This document shows, in pieces, positions 1-10,556 of a stretch of 64,000 nucleotides of DNA. The stretch's first letter is position 1; each line of letters begins with the position of its first letter. The translations under genes were made by a program, and so were the position numbers. This DNA is from Paraspadella gotoi (lineage: Eukaryota; Animalia; Chaetognatha), in assembly GCA_051294375.1 (NCBI GenBank), contig CM119269.1:16295010-16359009 (forward strand), written 5' to 3'. A model generated the notes under the pieces. That model made no database searches, was not told the origin of the DNA, and saw nothing but the letters and a program-made list of their open reading frames with translations.

Positions 1-312
1 TTTTCACTGAGAAAGAGGCATATCACAGAGATTATCACACAAATAAATAAATTTAAATTTAATTTTAATTAACAACAATTAAATTAATTTTAATTTAAAT
101 TACAAATTATAATTAAATTAATTTAAATTATATAAATAAATAAATAAATAAATAAAATTAAAAAAATAAAAAAATAAAAAAAGTTTGCCAAGATTGTTTA
201 GGAAGTTTATCGCGACATGATAACGAAACGTTCTATTAAGAGCAATCCTATCACTTAATAGTAAATAACTTAATTTTCTTAGTCAACCGTGAATTCGATT
301 CTTCCAGCTCAC

Positions 313-875
313 ATGTGCTTCGAGCTGCTGAGAATCGGCTCGATGACCTCCGGGCTAAAGCCGAAGATGTAAGGTTTGTATCCAAGCCAGACTCGCATCC
401 ACCCCGTCGCTTGGCAACTGCACTCCTCCACCATGGAAATGATTGTCTTGAGCATGTCGACGGCATTTCTGCATAATTACCGATATTTAAGAATTTAAGA
501 TTTGCATTTAAACAAACTTATTCTTCAACACATGCACTCCCACTCAAACACAATAAAACACAAATTTCAAGATTATGAAGCCGAAAAAAAAAACGCCTTT
601 TCGTTAGCCTGACTGACAAATTCATCGCGAGCGCTAACAGCAGAGCATTTTATTAAATTTTTTAAATGTTGAAGTTTTAGATAACAGTTCCTAAATTCCG
701 CCCACAAAAAATACTTACTCTCCGGCAAATGGTAAGAATTCCCCAGAATAGGGATACCCCACGGTCCCGGTATCCGGTTCACGTCGCTGCGAAGCTTAAG
801 GAATTTAATGACGACGTACAGTAAGAAACCGACGAAAACTGTACCCAAAATGGGTACAAAAATCGGGGTTGACAT
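313..875 (-). CDS. Cytochrome P450, CYP4 clan, first two coding exons (875-719, 468-313); gene continues off the left edge
   Basis: Exon 1 encodes an N-terminal TM anchor plus Pro-rich hinge IPGPWGIPILGN. Exon 2 encodes WMRVWLGYKPYIFGFSPEVIEPILSSSKH, typical of CYP4 N-termini. GT-AG sites are present, with a 1-nt phase mismatch at the junction. Confidence 0.85.
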
Positions 876-1962
876 GGCAGCTTTTTATCAGCCTTCGAAA
901 AGTGCGCTGAGAGGTTCGAAAGGGTAAGGAAAAAAAAATATTAGTTTAGATTAGTTTAGTCGAAAAAAAAATCCAGGGGAGACTGAAAAAGAGAATTTTG
1001 AGTTTCTCTGCAGTACTTTTATGGTTTTGACTATATTAATTTATATAAACATAAGAAGGTAATTATAAGCAAAGAGATGATCCAGCTTAACAAAACGGAA
1101 AATTTTTTTAAAACAAATTATTTCAAATAAAGATTAACTCTGATACATAATCATTATCATTATTACCTCTGATTTAAATGAAAACCATATTGTTACCTCG
1201 ATCTAATTTTTGCCATAAATTTTGTTTCAAATGGATTAAAAAAAAATGTTTTCCCCCGTTTCCAACCGCCGTTTTTTCTCTCTTTGTATACTTTTAAACG
1301 AGGATAAATTAAGCTCCAGAGCGAAAAAGTTTTAAAGAATTAAACCGTGGTTTTGGTATCTGTACTTTTATTAAGTATCTTCTACATTCAATTTAGAAAT
1401 AAGTACAAAGAAAGCAGTTCGATAAAGTTTTTTTTCCGGTTCTAAATGAAAGGACAACATGAGGGAATTTGGAAACTAAACTAGTATCTATTACGTAATC
1501 AATTGCCGCGTTTGAATGTATTATTATTATTAATATTATAATATTATTATAATTAATTTGTTAGGACCCGCCGGTCCGTCCTCCTCCTAAAACGCCCCCG
1601 AGAATATTCGAAGAATATTTGAGGAAACTCCTCCACCCCGGCGAGATGCTTCGGTAGTCCAGAGATTCTTCAAAGGCATGATTTGGTGGCTTGAGCAGAT
1701 CGACGATTAAATAGTCTCTCTTTATTTCATGAAAAGTTTAAAAAGGGTACCTTAATAAAATAATCAAAGCATATAGATATTCAAACAGTACAATAAAGAA
1801 TAATTATTAAAATTATTATTTAAACACACAAAAGAATTACAAAAATCAGTTTAAACTCAAAAACCAATTGATAATCCTTTTGACGAAGTAAAGTTCGAAC
1901 TCAGATATCACGATTCGCGAGTCTTTGGATCTAACAGATTGATTGATTTATTATTATTCCAG

Positions 1963-2200
1963 GTATGGTGACTAAAATCCACCAACCGTTCATCAGCGGC
2001 CATTGTGCCCGGAGGCAATCATTCGCCTCCCAAACCAAAGGTCCGGGGTTCTAGCCGGTGGTCGCCTTGCAGTTAAGAGGTTAACGCGCCGTGTAAGAAC
2101 GATTAACCCGCCTGTAACAGTGTTACAGCCTGATCCGAAGTTCAGGGACTGCTTTAATTTGAACGGTTCGTCACTAACACATAATAATATCACTGTCTCT
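1963..2200 (+). mobile_element. tRNA-derived SINE-like element, copy 1
   Basis: tRNA-like head at ~1996-2066 (gcggcca..tggtcgc stem, ctcccaa anticodon-like loop, ggttctagcc B-box-like) plus body; diverged second copy at 2383-2612. Confidence 0.55.
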
Positions 2201-2382
2201 TCATTGATGAGCCCGACTTCCAAACACATCATCAACAACAACACTTTCAGGCGACATGCCTCAACCTGCCGATGCATTTTCCGCCAACAACAACATGCCT
2301 CAACTTGGTGACGAACTTTCCACCAACAACAACAATTCAATGAAGAGACGTAACAGACTTCTTCCTATGGAGGGGTGGGGAT

Positions 2383-2612
2383 GTATGGTGAACTAAAATC
2401 CACCAACCGTTAATTAGTGGCCATTGGTGCTGGAGGCAAGTCATTCGCCTCCCAACCCAAAGATCCGAGGTTCTAGCCCGGTGGTCGCCTGGCAGTTAAG
2501 AGGGACGGCTCACTTAACCAGCCTGTAACACGGTGGTACAGCCTGATCCGAAGCTCAGAGACTGCTTATATTCAACGGTTATGTCACTAACACATAATAA
2601 TAATCACTGTCT
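2383..2612 (+). mobile_element. tRNA-derived SINE-like element, copy 2
   Basis: Aligns end to end with 1963-2200; A-box-like TGGTGCTGGAGG and B-box-like GGTTCTAGCCC. Confidence 0.55.
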
Positions 2613-3293
2613 ATTCACAGGTCAAATTTTTCTTGGTCATTCTTGCTTACCTTTACGGGTCGCAAGGTCGAAAGACTTCGTCGTTGTCGTCGTCGTCGTT
2701 TTCGCCTTAACTATTTGAGCTTCCAAAATCGACAGAATATAGAAAAAATTGTTAATATATTAATCGATTTTATGATTTTATTGTAAATGATAATGAGAAA
2801 AACTTGCCTAATTTTCTGTATTTACTCTATATATTAGCAATCAATAAAACAAAAAAGGATTCGCTGTTATCTAGATTTTTACCAAATAAAGACACTTATC
2901 ATCATGAAGTAGCTTTTCAAACGAGGGAGTCATGGTTGAACGATTTTCACGAATTCTTTCACATTTTGGTTTTTTGTGTCTGTGTGCCAATCAATATTAT
3001 ACTAGAACATCTCGAAGTTTTTCTCGCTATAATTTAGATTCTTCCTTTTAAATTACTTAATTATCGATTGAAGGATCTCCGAATCGTTTCCTCGCTTTCC
3101 GATCGGCGAGGGACAGTGACGTCAACCACCCGCAGGAAATCCAGTCTTCCGTCTGTCCGGCGATAAATTCATCGTCAGAGGACGAGCCGTCAGAGCTCTG
3201 AATAAGCGAAATCGACCTAATTCATATTACCAGTTTTGTTAAGACGGTAGTTTTTTTACGCGCTAAAATGAATAAATTAAAGTAGAAGATTAA

Positions 3294-3470
3294 TAGGAAA
3301 AAACAATTTTTATTTGTTTTGACAACGAATTTTTAATGACAGTTTTTGACAGACATGTTTCGACTCTGCATTTTAGAGTCTTCATCAGTCATTAAAATTC
3401 GTTGTCAAAAAAAAAAAAATGTGTTTTCTCCTAATGCCCAAAAACAACGAAAATCGAAAGTCTATACACA
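3294..3470. mobile_element. Short inverted-repeat Penelope-like remnant carrying a hammerhead motif
   Basis: Inverted arms ttgacaacgaattt(t)taatgac / gtcattaaaattcgttgtcaa flank a hammerhead core. The tail cctaatgcccaaaaacaacgaaa resembles that of the elements at 10.5-11.8 kb and 27.5-27.9 kb. Confidence 0.65.
3346..3392 (-). ncRNA. Minimal type I hammerhead ribozyme motif
   Basis: Minus strand reads CTGATGA-A-GACTCT-aaaatgc-AGAGTC-GAAAC-AT-GTC: intact core, 6-bp helix II and palindromic ACATGT helix III. Confidence 0.75.
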
Positions 3471-3734
3471 AAGAATATTTAATTTAAATTGCTTCGAATA
3501 CAATTTTGAATTCATCAATAAAAATTGAAAAAGATTTATACATTTTCCCCGAAACAAACGACCAGAGTCGCTACATATGTTTTGAATATTGTTTATCATA
3601 AGAATCGTCAGAGCAAAGATATTCAAGTTTCTCCATTACACTTAGCTTTGTCGTTTCGTCCTTCGTCGCCGCAACATCGGGCGCCCAGGTCGGCCGCGTC
3701 CCGACAAGATTCTTCGCAAGGAACGAAGCCGACA

Positions 3735-6700
3735 ATGTCGGTCACTCCTCCGAAACGCACGACGAAAACGACGACGTTTTCCAGCGACTCGCAGGCCGAC
3801 TCTTCACGGCCGAGAAAGACTCGGACGCTCACACCACCGGCGATTCACGATACGGGAATCATCGTTAAAAACGGAGAGGGCGGCGAAAATGGAGGCGGCG
3901 CTAGCTGCGGTGTAGGGAACCGCAGAGGCGGTCTAAGTTGTTTCTCCCTCCTTTTCTCGGCGTATCTCGTTCCTATCTTTTCAATCCTTTTGTTTTTCGG
4001 CGACATCGCCATGGATCACTACACAGGTTGGCAAAAACAACTGCTGCCCAGAAAGCTTTCTAAAACTTTCGAAAAATAACAAACTCCCACTTACTATGAC
4101 ATTTTGAAATAGAAAAGAAAAATCTATTGTTTTCACGTATTCACGTTCACTCCATTATCATAACAAAAATTTTCAAAAATAACTGAGAAAAGGTAAGTAT
4201 AGTTGTGGATAAGGTGGCTACTGTCCGTAACTTATATGCCCCCTCAGCAGTCATGGAAAGTTTCCTGGGCTTGAAACCGGCTTGAGAGATTTCCTCGGCC
4301 CCAAGGCGGTTTATGGCCGTCCTCACGCTTCCCACAGGGTAGGAAGATGGCTTGGGATTGAAACCCTGTACCAAGTGGTCATGAGTTGATGGATTTACTC
4401 AATGAGCCACCGGACCACCAACTGAAGGTGTCATGCTTATAGGCGGGGTGAACTTTGGCAATGCACGACTCCAAGTGTCTGTGACCTCTTAAATCACGTA
4501 TCAAGTATTCACGCTCTCTACTTTCCACTCACCCTCAAAAGCGGGCTACTTACCTCGTCAACAAAGACCTCTGGTGGGCGGCCTCACCTTTCGCCATCGT
4601 TGCCGCGCCACGGCCTCGTTTCTGGCGTCTACGTCGTCGGCGCCGTTCGACGTCACGCCTCCGTCTACCCGAACCCTCTGGCGACGCCACGGCGCCGCGC
4701 GGCTACGGTGGGCGCGGCTTTCGTCGGGTTTCGGACCCACCATCCTCCACGTGGACACCATCTTGGATTGGTGGGAGGAAAGGAGGAGGATGGGAGAAAC
4801 AAGAGGCCGAGAAAGAGATGGGAGGAAGAGGAGAGGGCGAGAGAGAAGACGGAGGAAAAGGAGATATTTCTGCGCAAGTGTTGTCTGTTGGAGGCGACGT
4901 TGGAGTCGGTGCGCAGGCGATATTGCAGAGCTACATCTTGATTGTCGAGGTAAAATTGTTTTTTTTTTTTAACCTCGTTAACGAATTTCAGGTTAAAATC
5001 AATTTCATAAAAGATCGTTGTGTTTATTTTTAACTTGAAGATTTTAAAGCCGCCGACGGTTTGTCTCCCGCTAACGTTCGGCAACATCGGCGATCCTCAA
5101 ATCGATCCAAGGTTTAGTGGAAATTTTCGTTTGATATTCTCACATGAACCTATACGTGCGGTGAAACAATATCTCAGGTGTAAAAATGACGTACGCGACC
5201 ACAGCCAACAAATGCTGCTGAACAAATTCTCTAACCTTTGGCACGAGGAAGAGGGGAACTTCACGGAACATTGCCTCAAAGAAATGCCGTAATACAATGC
5301 TTGTACTCGTATTGAAATGCAATTATCGCAGACATAAAATTTTCCTTTATTTTTTTTTTTTACAGTTCGATCGGTGGCTGTAGAATCACGATGGACGGGA
5401 AGCTGCTTGACGATTGTTTTTACGTCTGGAGCAACATCTATTTAGATTATTACGTCTCCACTCTCGAAGGTCTGTCACCTAATCTCGTCCAATCGGATAA
5501 TCCATGCACGATCTTTAAAAAAACTGATGTTTTGTGTCATTGTAATTACGTTTTGCCACAATGTAATCGAATTTGATTTGTCACGACTTTTAATCGGTCA
5601 TGACACATCGGATAAAAATAAATCGCGTCCGTCTTTGATGCAGGTTATATTCCTTACAGCGGGAGCCGCGCCCACCCAAATATTCTTCCCATGATTCCAT
5701 TGGTCACATCCATATTATCCGCCAGGTGTGCTCGGTTTTAATAGTATAGTAATGATTGGATTAAAAATGGCGATGAAGTTAAACCGCGTTCTCTCTCATA
5801 TGTTTTTTTATATTCTTTTCATTACAAGCATGAGTTTCCTCATGAACTGCAACGCCCGAGGCGCTTCCAGCCACATCAGAAAGGTTCTGAAGCGAGACAA
5901 ACCGGGAAATTTGTATTGGTTCGTTTTTCAACTCCTCGACTTTTTCAACTTACTCTTCGGTTTCTGCAAGGTGAGGTCAAGGAAAGTAAATTCGTAACAT
6001 TTCCTGTAAAGTTTTAAACTCCTTGATATTTATAGAAATTAGCAGTCTCATATCGTTTTCGATCACTCTTTAATAATGATTTCTTCTTTTACCCAGATCT
6101 TCATCTACAGCGGGATGATTCAATATCTTAGTCAGAACTCCCCTTGGCACATTTGGACAACAGTGTTTTTGGTTCCTGGTCTTATTATCAGAGTGGCGTT
6201 GCCTGAGTCAATGTGGAATTTGAAAAGGTCCGAGATTAAGCCGTTTATCGACTTTAAATTCATTCAAATGAATCATAAATATAATAGAAATGCAGTAGGT
6301 TAGCAATTTTAATTTAAATTTATGGTAAAAATTTTCTCGCAATTTAGACTCAAGTCGTTTCTCTTCCGACTCGGTCCCGGAAAGAATCAAACTCGTACGA
6401 ATCACGTCATCCGCGGCTTTCAATTTCTTCTCGTTGTCTTCTCCACCTTGCACATGGTTTTCCCTTTTCTTTACGTTCCTCCGGCAACGTGTGAAAAGTA
6501 AGGAAAGTTGTTTATTGTGGTTTATGGCACATTAAAAATTTATTTTTTTTAGATGGATGGAACATTACGTTGTGCAATACAAAAAGTTTCACGCGGGACA
6601 GCCGGGGGAAGATAATTACTGTCAATTTACGGAGCCTCTTCCGTGTGAGTTTTGTTTTCATGGAGTTATAGGATATAGGAATTACGGCGGAATTATTACC

Positions 6701-7718
6701 ATTACTACCATTATTAACCAGACACTTTCATTTCCCAAGAAAAACAAAATAACAGTTCCGAAGTTTTCCGTTTTATGGTTAGATGTCTCGAAACTCGAAA
6801 CATAAGACGTGCTTGGGTTGAGAGGCAATGATTGATAAAAATAAATAAATAAATCTAATTATAATAATCAATATAATTATAATGAGTCATCTTCTTAAGA
6901 AAAATGCACGATATAATGAAAAATAGAAAATAAACAACGTACATTTTCTATATATCCATTCCCATTCCATATCTATTGCCATCACATTCTCCTGAATTAC
7001 CCCCCCCCCGACTAGATTTCTTCACCGAGAACTTCTGTCGCCTTCGCACGTGCGGCCGCCGCAACAATTCTGCCTTCGCACTTCCCTGGCCGCTTCACCG
7101 CCAAATGTTCGCCGTGCTCGACTCGGCCGTCTTTGCACGCGACCGGGTCTTCCTCAAGCCTTCCGTCGACATCTGTCTGATGCTGGACTCAAAAAGAAAC
7201 GCCCGCCCGAAGTGGAACTGTCGAGGCGCCTTTCCGAGAACGCCGTCGTGGATCAGCCCTAGTCTGTACGACATCTTTAACTGTACGGAATACGCGGACG
7301 ACTGCGCGGGAATCGGCCGTCGGATGGGGATGGGGAAGAGAAAAGTTGACTTTCAGGTGAGACAGAAATATTTTACTCATCCGAAGACATTTAGGAAATA
7401 CTGTTACATGCTAATAATCATGTCATTGATTACTTTTAACATAGCTCCTGATTTATTTTTAAAATTTAACCCTTCTATATTGCACGTCTGAGTGTTAGTT
7501 TTACACACATATTTATTGCATTTTTTCTTTCCTTGTTCCAGCCCTACAGATTCATCACTGACAACGTCTACTCGATAAGCGTCGACTACAATTACAAATT
7601 TTTTCACAATGTTCTTTTTCTTGGAACTCTAATTAACTTCCTTGATCTGATCGCTTATTGTACTTTCAATGGATTCTGGTTGATCACTTTGTTCGTTTTA
7701 GAAATGAAGCAATGTTGA
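3735..7718 (+). CDS. XK-related (Xkr) multi-pass membrane protein, 11 exons; exon 2 frameshifted (assembly error or pseudogene)
   Basis: Exons ~3735-4026, 4542-4949, 5050-5111, 5366-5469, 5644-5725, 5829-5970, 6097-6227, 6348-6497, 6553-6644, 7016-7356, 7542-7718; phases are consistent from exon 3 on. XK motifs LLFFGDIAMD and LEATLESV(P)QAILQSY are present, and the N-terminal part aligns with the ORF at 24647. Confidence 0.75.
4225..4427 (-). mobile_element. tRNA-derived SINE-like element in Xkr intron 1
   Basis: Minus strand ggtccggtggctcattgagtaaa (A-box-like) ... gggtttcaatccc (B-box-like), followed by a GC-richer body; boundaries approximate. Confidence 0.45.
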
Positions 7719-8155
7719 AATAAAATTTTTGCTTGCTAATAAGCAGATAGATATACATGTATTTAATAACAAGATTAAGGAACAAACTAACGATATGAGG
7801 CGACTTCTCAGGTTTGCTCTTTTACTTCCCTCTCGCCTCAGATAGAAAACAAAGTTTCAAACAAAACCGTGATTTATTGCACAGATAATGTGGATAAACG
7901 AAATAAACAAAAACTTTATGGCCTTAGTAAACCAGATGTAACGAAAGAAGCCTAATTAATAAAGAGAAACAACTCGAACTTCTCGTCGAGCAATAGTTTA
8001 CATATAATGTTAAAATCCATTCAAAGCTTTAAATGGAGAGTTACTAAAAATATAAAAACTAGTACAAAGTAACAAATAACGAAAAACTATGAAAGTGTAA
8101 CGAACTTACTAAATCTTTTTTTTTTTTTAAACGCGACAAAATCTGATTTGCTCCC

Positions 8156-9591
8156 TTAATTAAAATTAAAAGAGAGCTTGACCGCAAGACCTTTCCCTCT
8201 TGGTATGTAAAGTGTACAGAGTCGTGATTCGTGTACGTCAGAAATGGAAGGCCAAGGACGCGGAAAAACATTTTGCATTATGTCAACGGAATTCTCAACT
8301 ACATCCATGTATTTTCTGACTTCGCTGGCTCCATCTGCAATTGGCTCAACATTCACCTCCACTTTTTCCATCACCTTCATCATGGCAGACAGAGAGTACA
8401 AGAAGAACTTGATGACCTTGAAGTCCTGAGACTCGAGATTGTGGCTCTGGTTCAGAACAAACCTGGGAAGGTGGACCTGAGCCTCTTCCCTCCCGCATAA
8501 ATAATTGTTCGGAGATTTCTTAAGAGCAAGCTGAAACAACAATGGTTGCGGCATAAAGAGTTTCTGGACAGTGCAATCGCCGGAGTTCAAGATGGCGAGC
8601 GTCTTGGAGGCGTATGATGAGTACGACTGGAAAAACTCTTCGTCCAAGTTCTCCAGCATGTTTTGGTAGGGATTGCAGGGGTTCATCAGAAGAGGCGTTG
8701 ATTTCTTCACATCGTCGGGTATGCGGTTGGCCAGATAGAGCCTGAAATGATAAGTATCAGCAAAATATGAATATTAAAGCATAGCAAAAATATAAAAATC
8801 TAGTGGAATCAAAATTCGAATAGTATATCACGAAAGTTGATAAAAAAAAAATTAGTTTTCAATTTTCGCATACGTCCATATTTATACATAGTACTCACCA
8901 TAGAAAATGTCGAAATTTCAAAATGTTTTTTTCTCATTTTTAAATTCCTCACGAAAAGTTGATATAAGGAAATATAACACTTTAGAAAATTATTTCATTA
9001 AGTGGGTCAAAATCCTAAAAAACTATTATAATTAACCTAAAATTAAATTTTAGTATAAAAATAGTTTTTATAGTTTTTCTTTTTTTCATATTTGCACAAA
9101 GAGATTGTTAGACGTCGCTCATAAGAAGCGAAAAACAAATCACCGACCGCAAAATCCCGGTCGGCGAAAGTAAAAGAAAGCCCGATTACCTATATTTGGT
9201 ACTAAGGCGACTTACCCCAGCAGCAGATCAGCAGATTCGGACTCTATAATCCACTTTGTCGGTCCCTACCCAAAATCTTGTCGGTAAATCATTATTATCA
9301 TATCAGAACATCGAATTATGAGAAATTTTGCAAAAAAGTCTGTCCGTCCGTCTGTCCGTGATTGGATGGATGGATTGGAATGAAATTTTGTGTGTGGGTA
9401 CTGGGTATGAAAGTGTGTAATTAAGCTGGAAATAAATTTTTGATGGAATCGTAGGAGTGGAAAAGAGTTTAAATTAGAAAACCAAAACATTTATTAATAT
9501 TTTTACAAATTTATCTCTTTCTCTTTATCTGTAGAAGAATCTATCTTCTAACCCGCGGAGACTAACGTTCCAAGCGTCGTCAGTGGGCTGG

Positions 9592-9644
<53 letters not shown>

Positions 9645-10521
9645 TGTTCTTCAGTAGAAACGAGGAAACTGCTTCGCAGATATAACGTCGAATTTTTACT
9701 ATGAAAAAAATGACGACGTTCAAAATTCTCTCGTCCATCGACGACGTTCATGAAGATATACTTTACGTAAAAAAGTGCGCGCTTGAATTTCCTTCAACAT
9801 TTATTGAAGTTTCAATGGATTTGAAAAAGACTCCTGTTACTGGTCTGAACGAAATAATAAAGGCTATGAACGAAACAAGGACTAAAGAACTCGCCAACGA
9901 TATCTTTGAAAAATTTTAAAATAATATTTTTTTTAATTTTAAGAACAGTTTCGGGTTCTCCGGGGAAAACTAAGAAACTTTTGTATAATATTGGGGATGA
10001 GCATCGTTTCTAAACAAACTCATTGTTTCTATCAAATTTTTGGCGTTTGATAGACAATTGCAAACATTATCTACATGCATAATTTCATCATAATCCGACA
10101 ATCCGTTCAAAAGTAATCGCCAAAAAGCAATCGCAAAAATCGCTCTTCAAACCGATCAACTTTGCTTAAAATCGAGCTCGTTTTGACCCAACAAAGATTA
10201 GTACTATGCGTAGTACTAAGCTTTAGAACCATCGCACAGTGAGATCCTGGGCCTGAATTTTTCAGAAAAATCCCGTTCAGTTAAAAATAATTTTTTATTA
10301 TATATTAATTATAAAATAATTTTTTAAAAATTTATTTGAATATTAAAATAATTAAAAAATAATTTATATAATTTTAAATAAATAAAATAAAATTAAATAT
10401 ATATTATTATCAGATTATATAATAATAATTAATAATAATAATAAAAAATAATAAAAATAATAATTATAATTAAGAAAATAAAAAAAATATATATTTTATT
10501 TAATATTATTATTTTATATTA

Positions 10522-10556
<35 letters not shown>

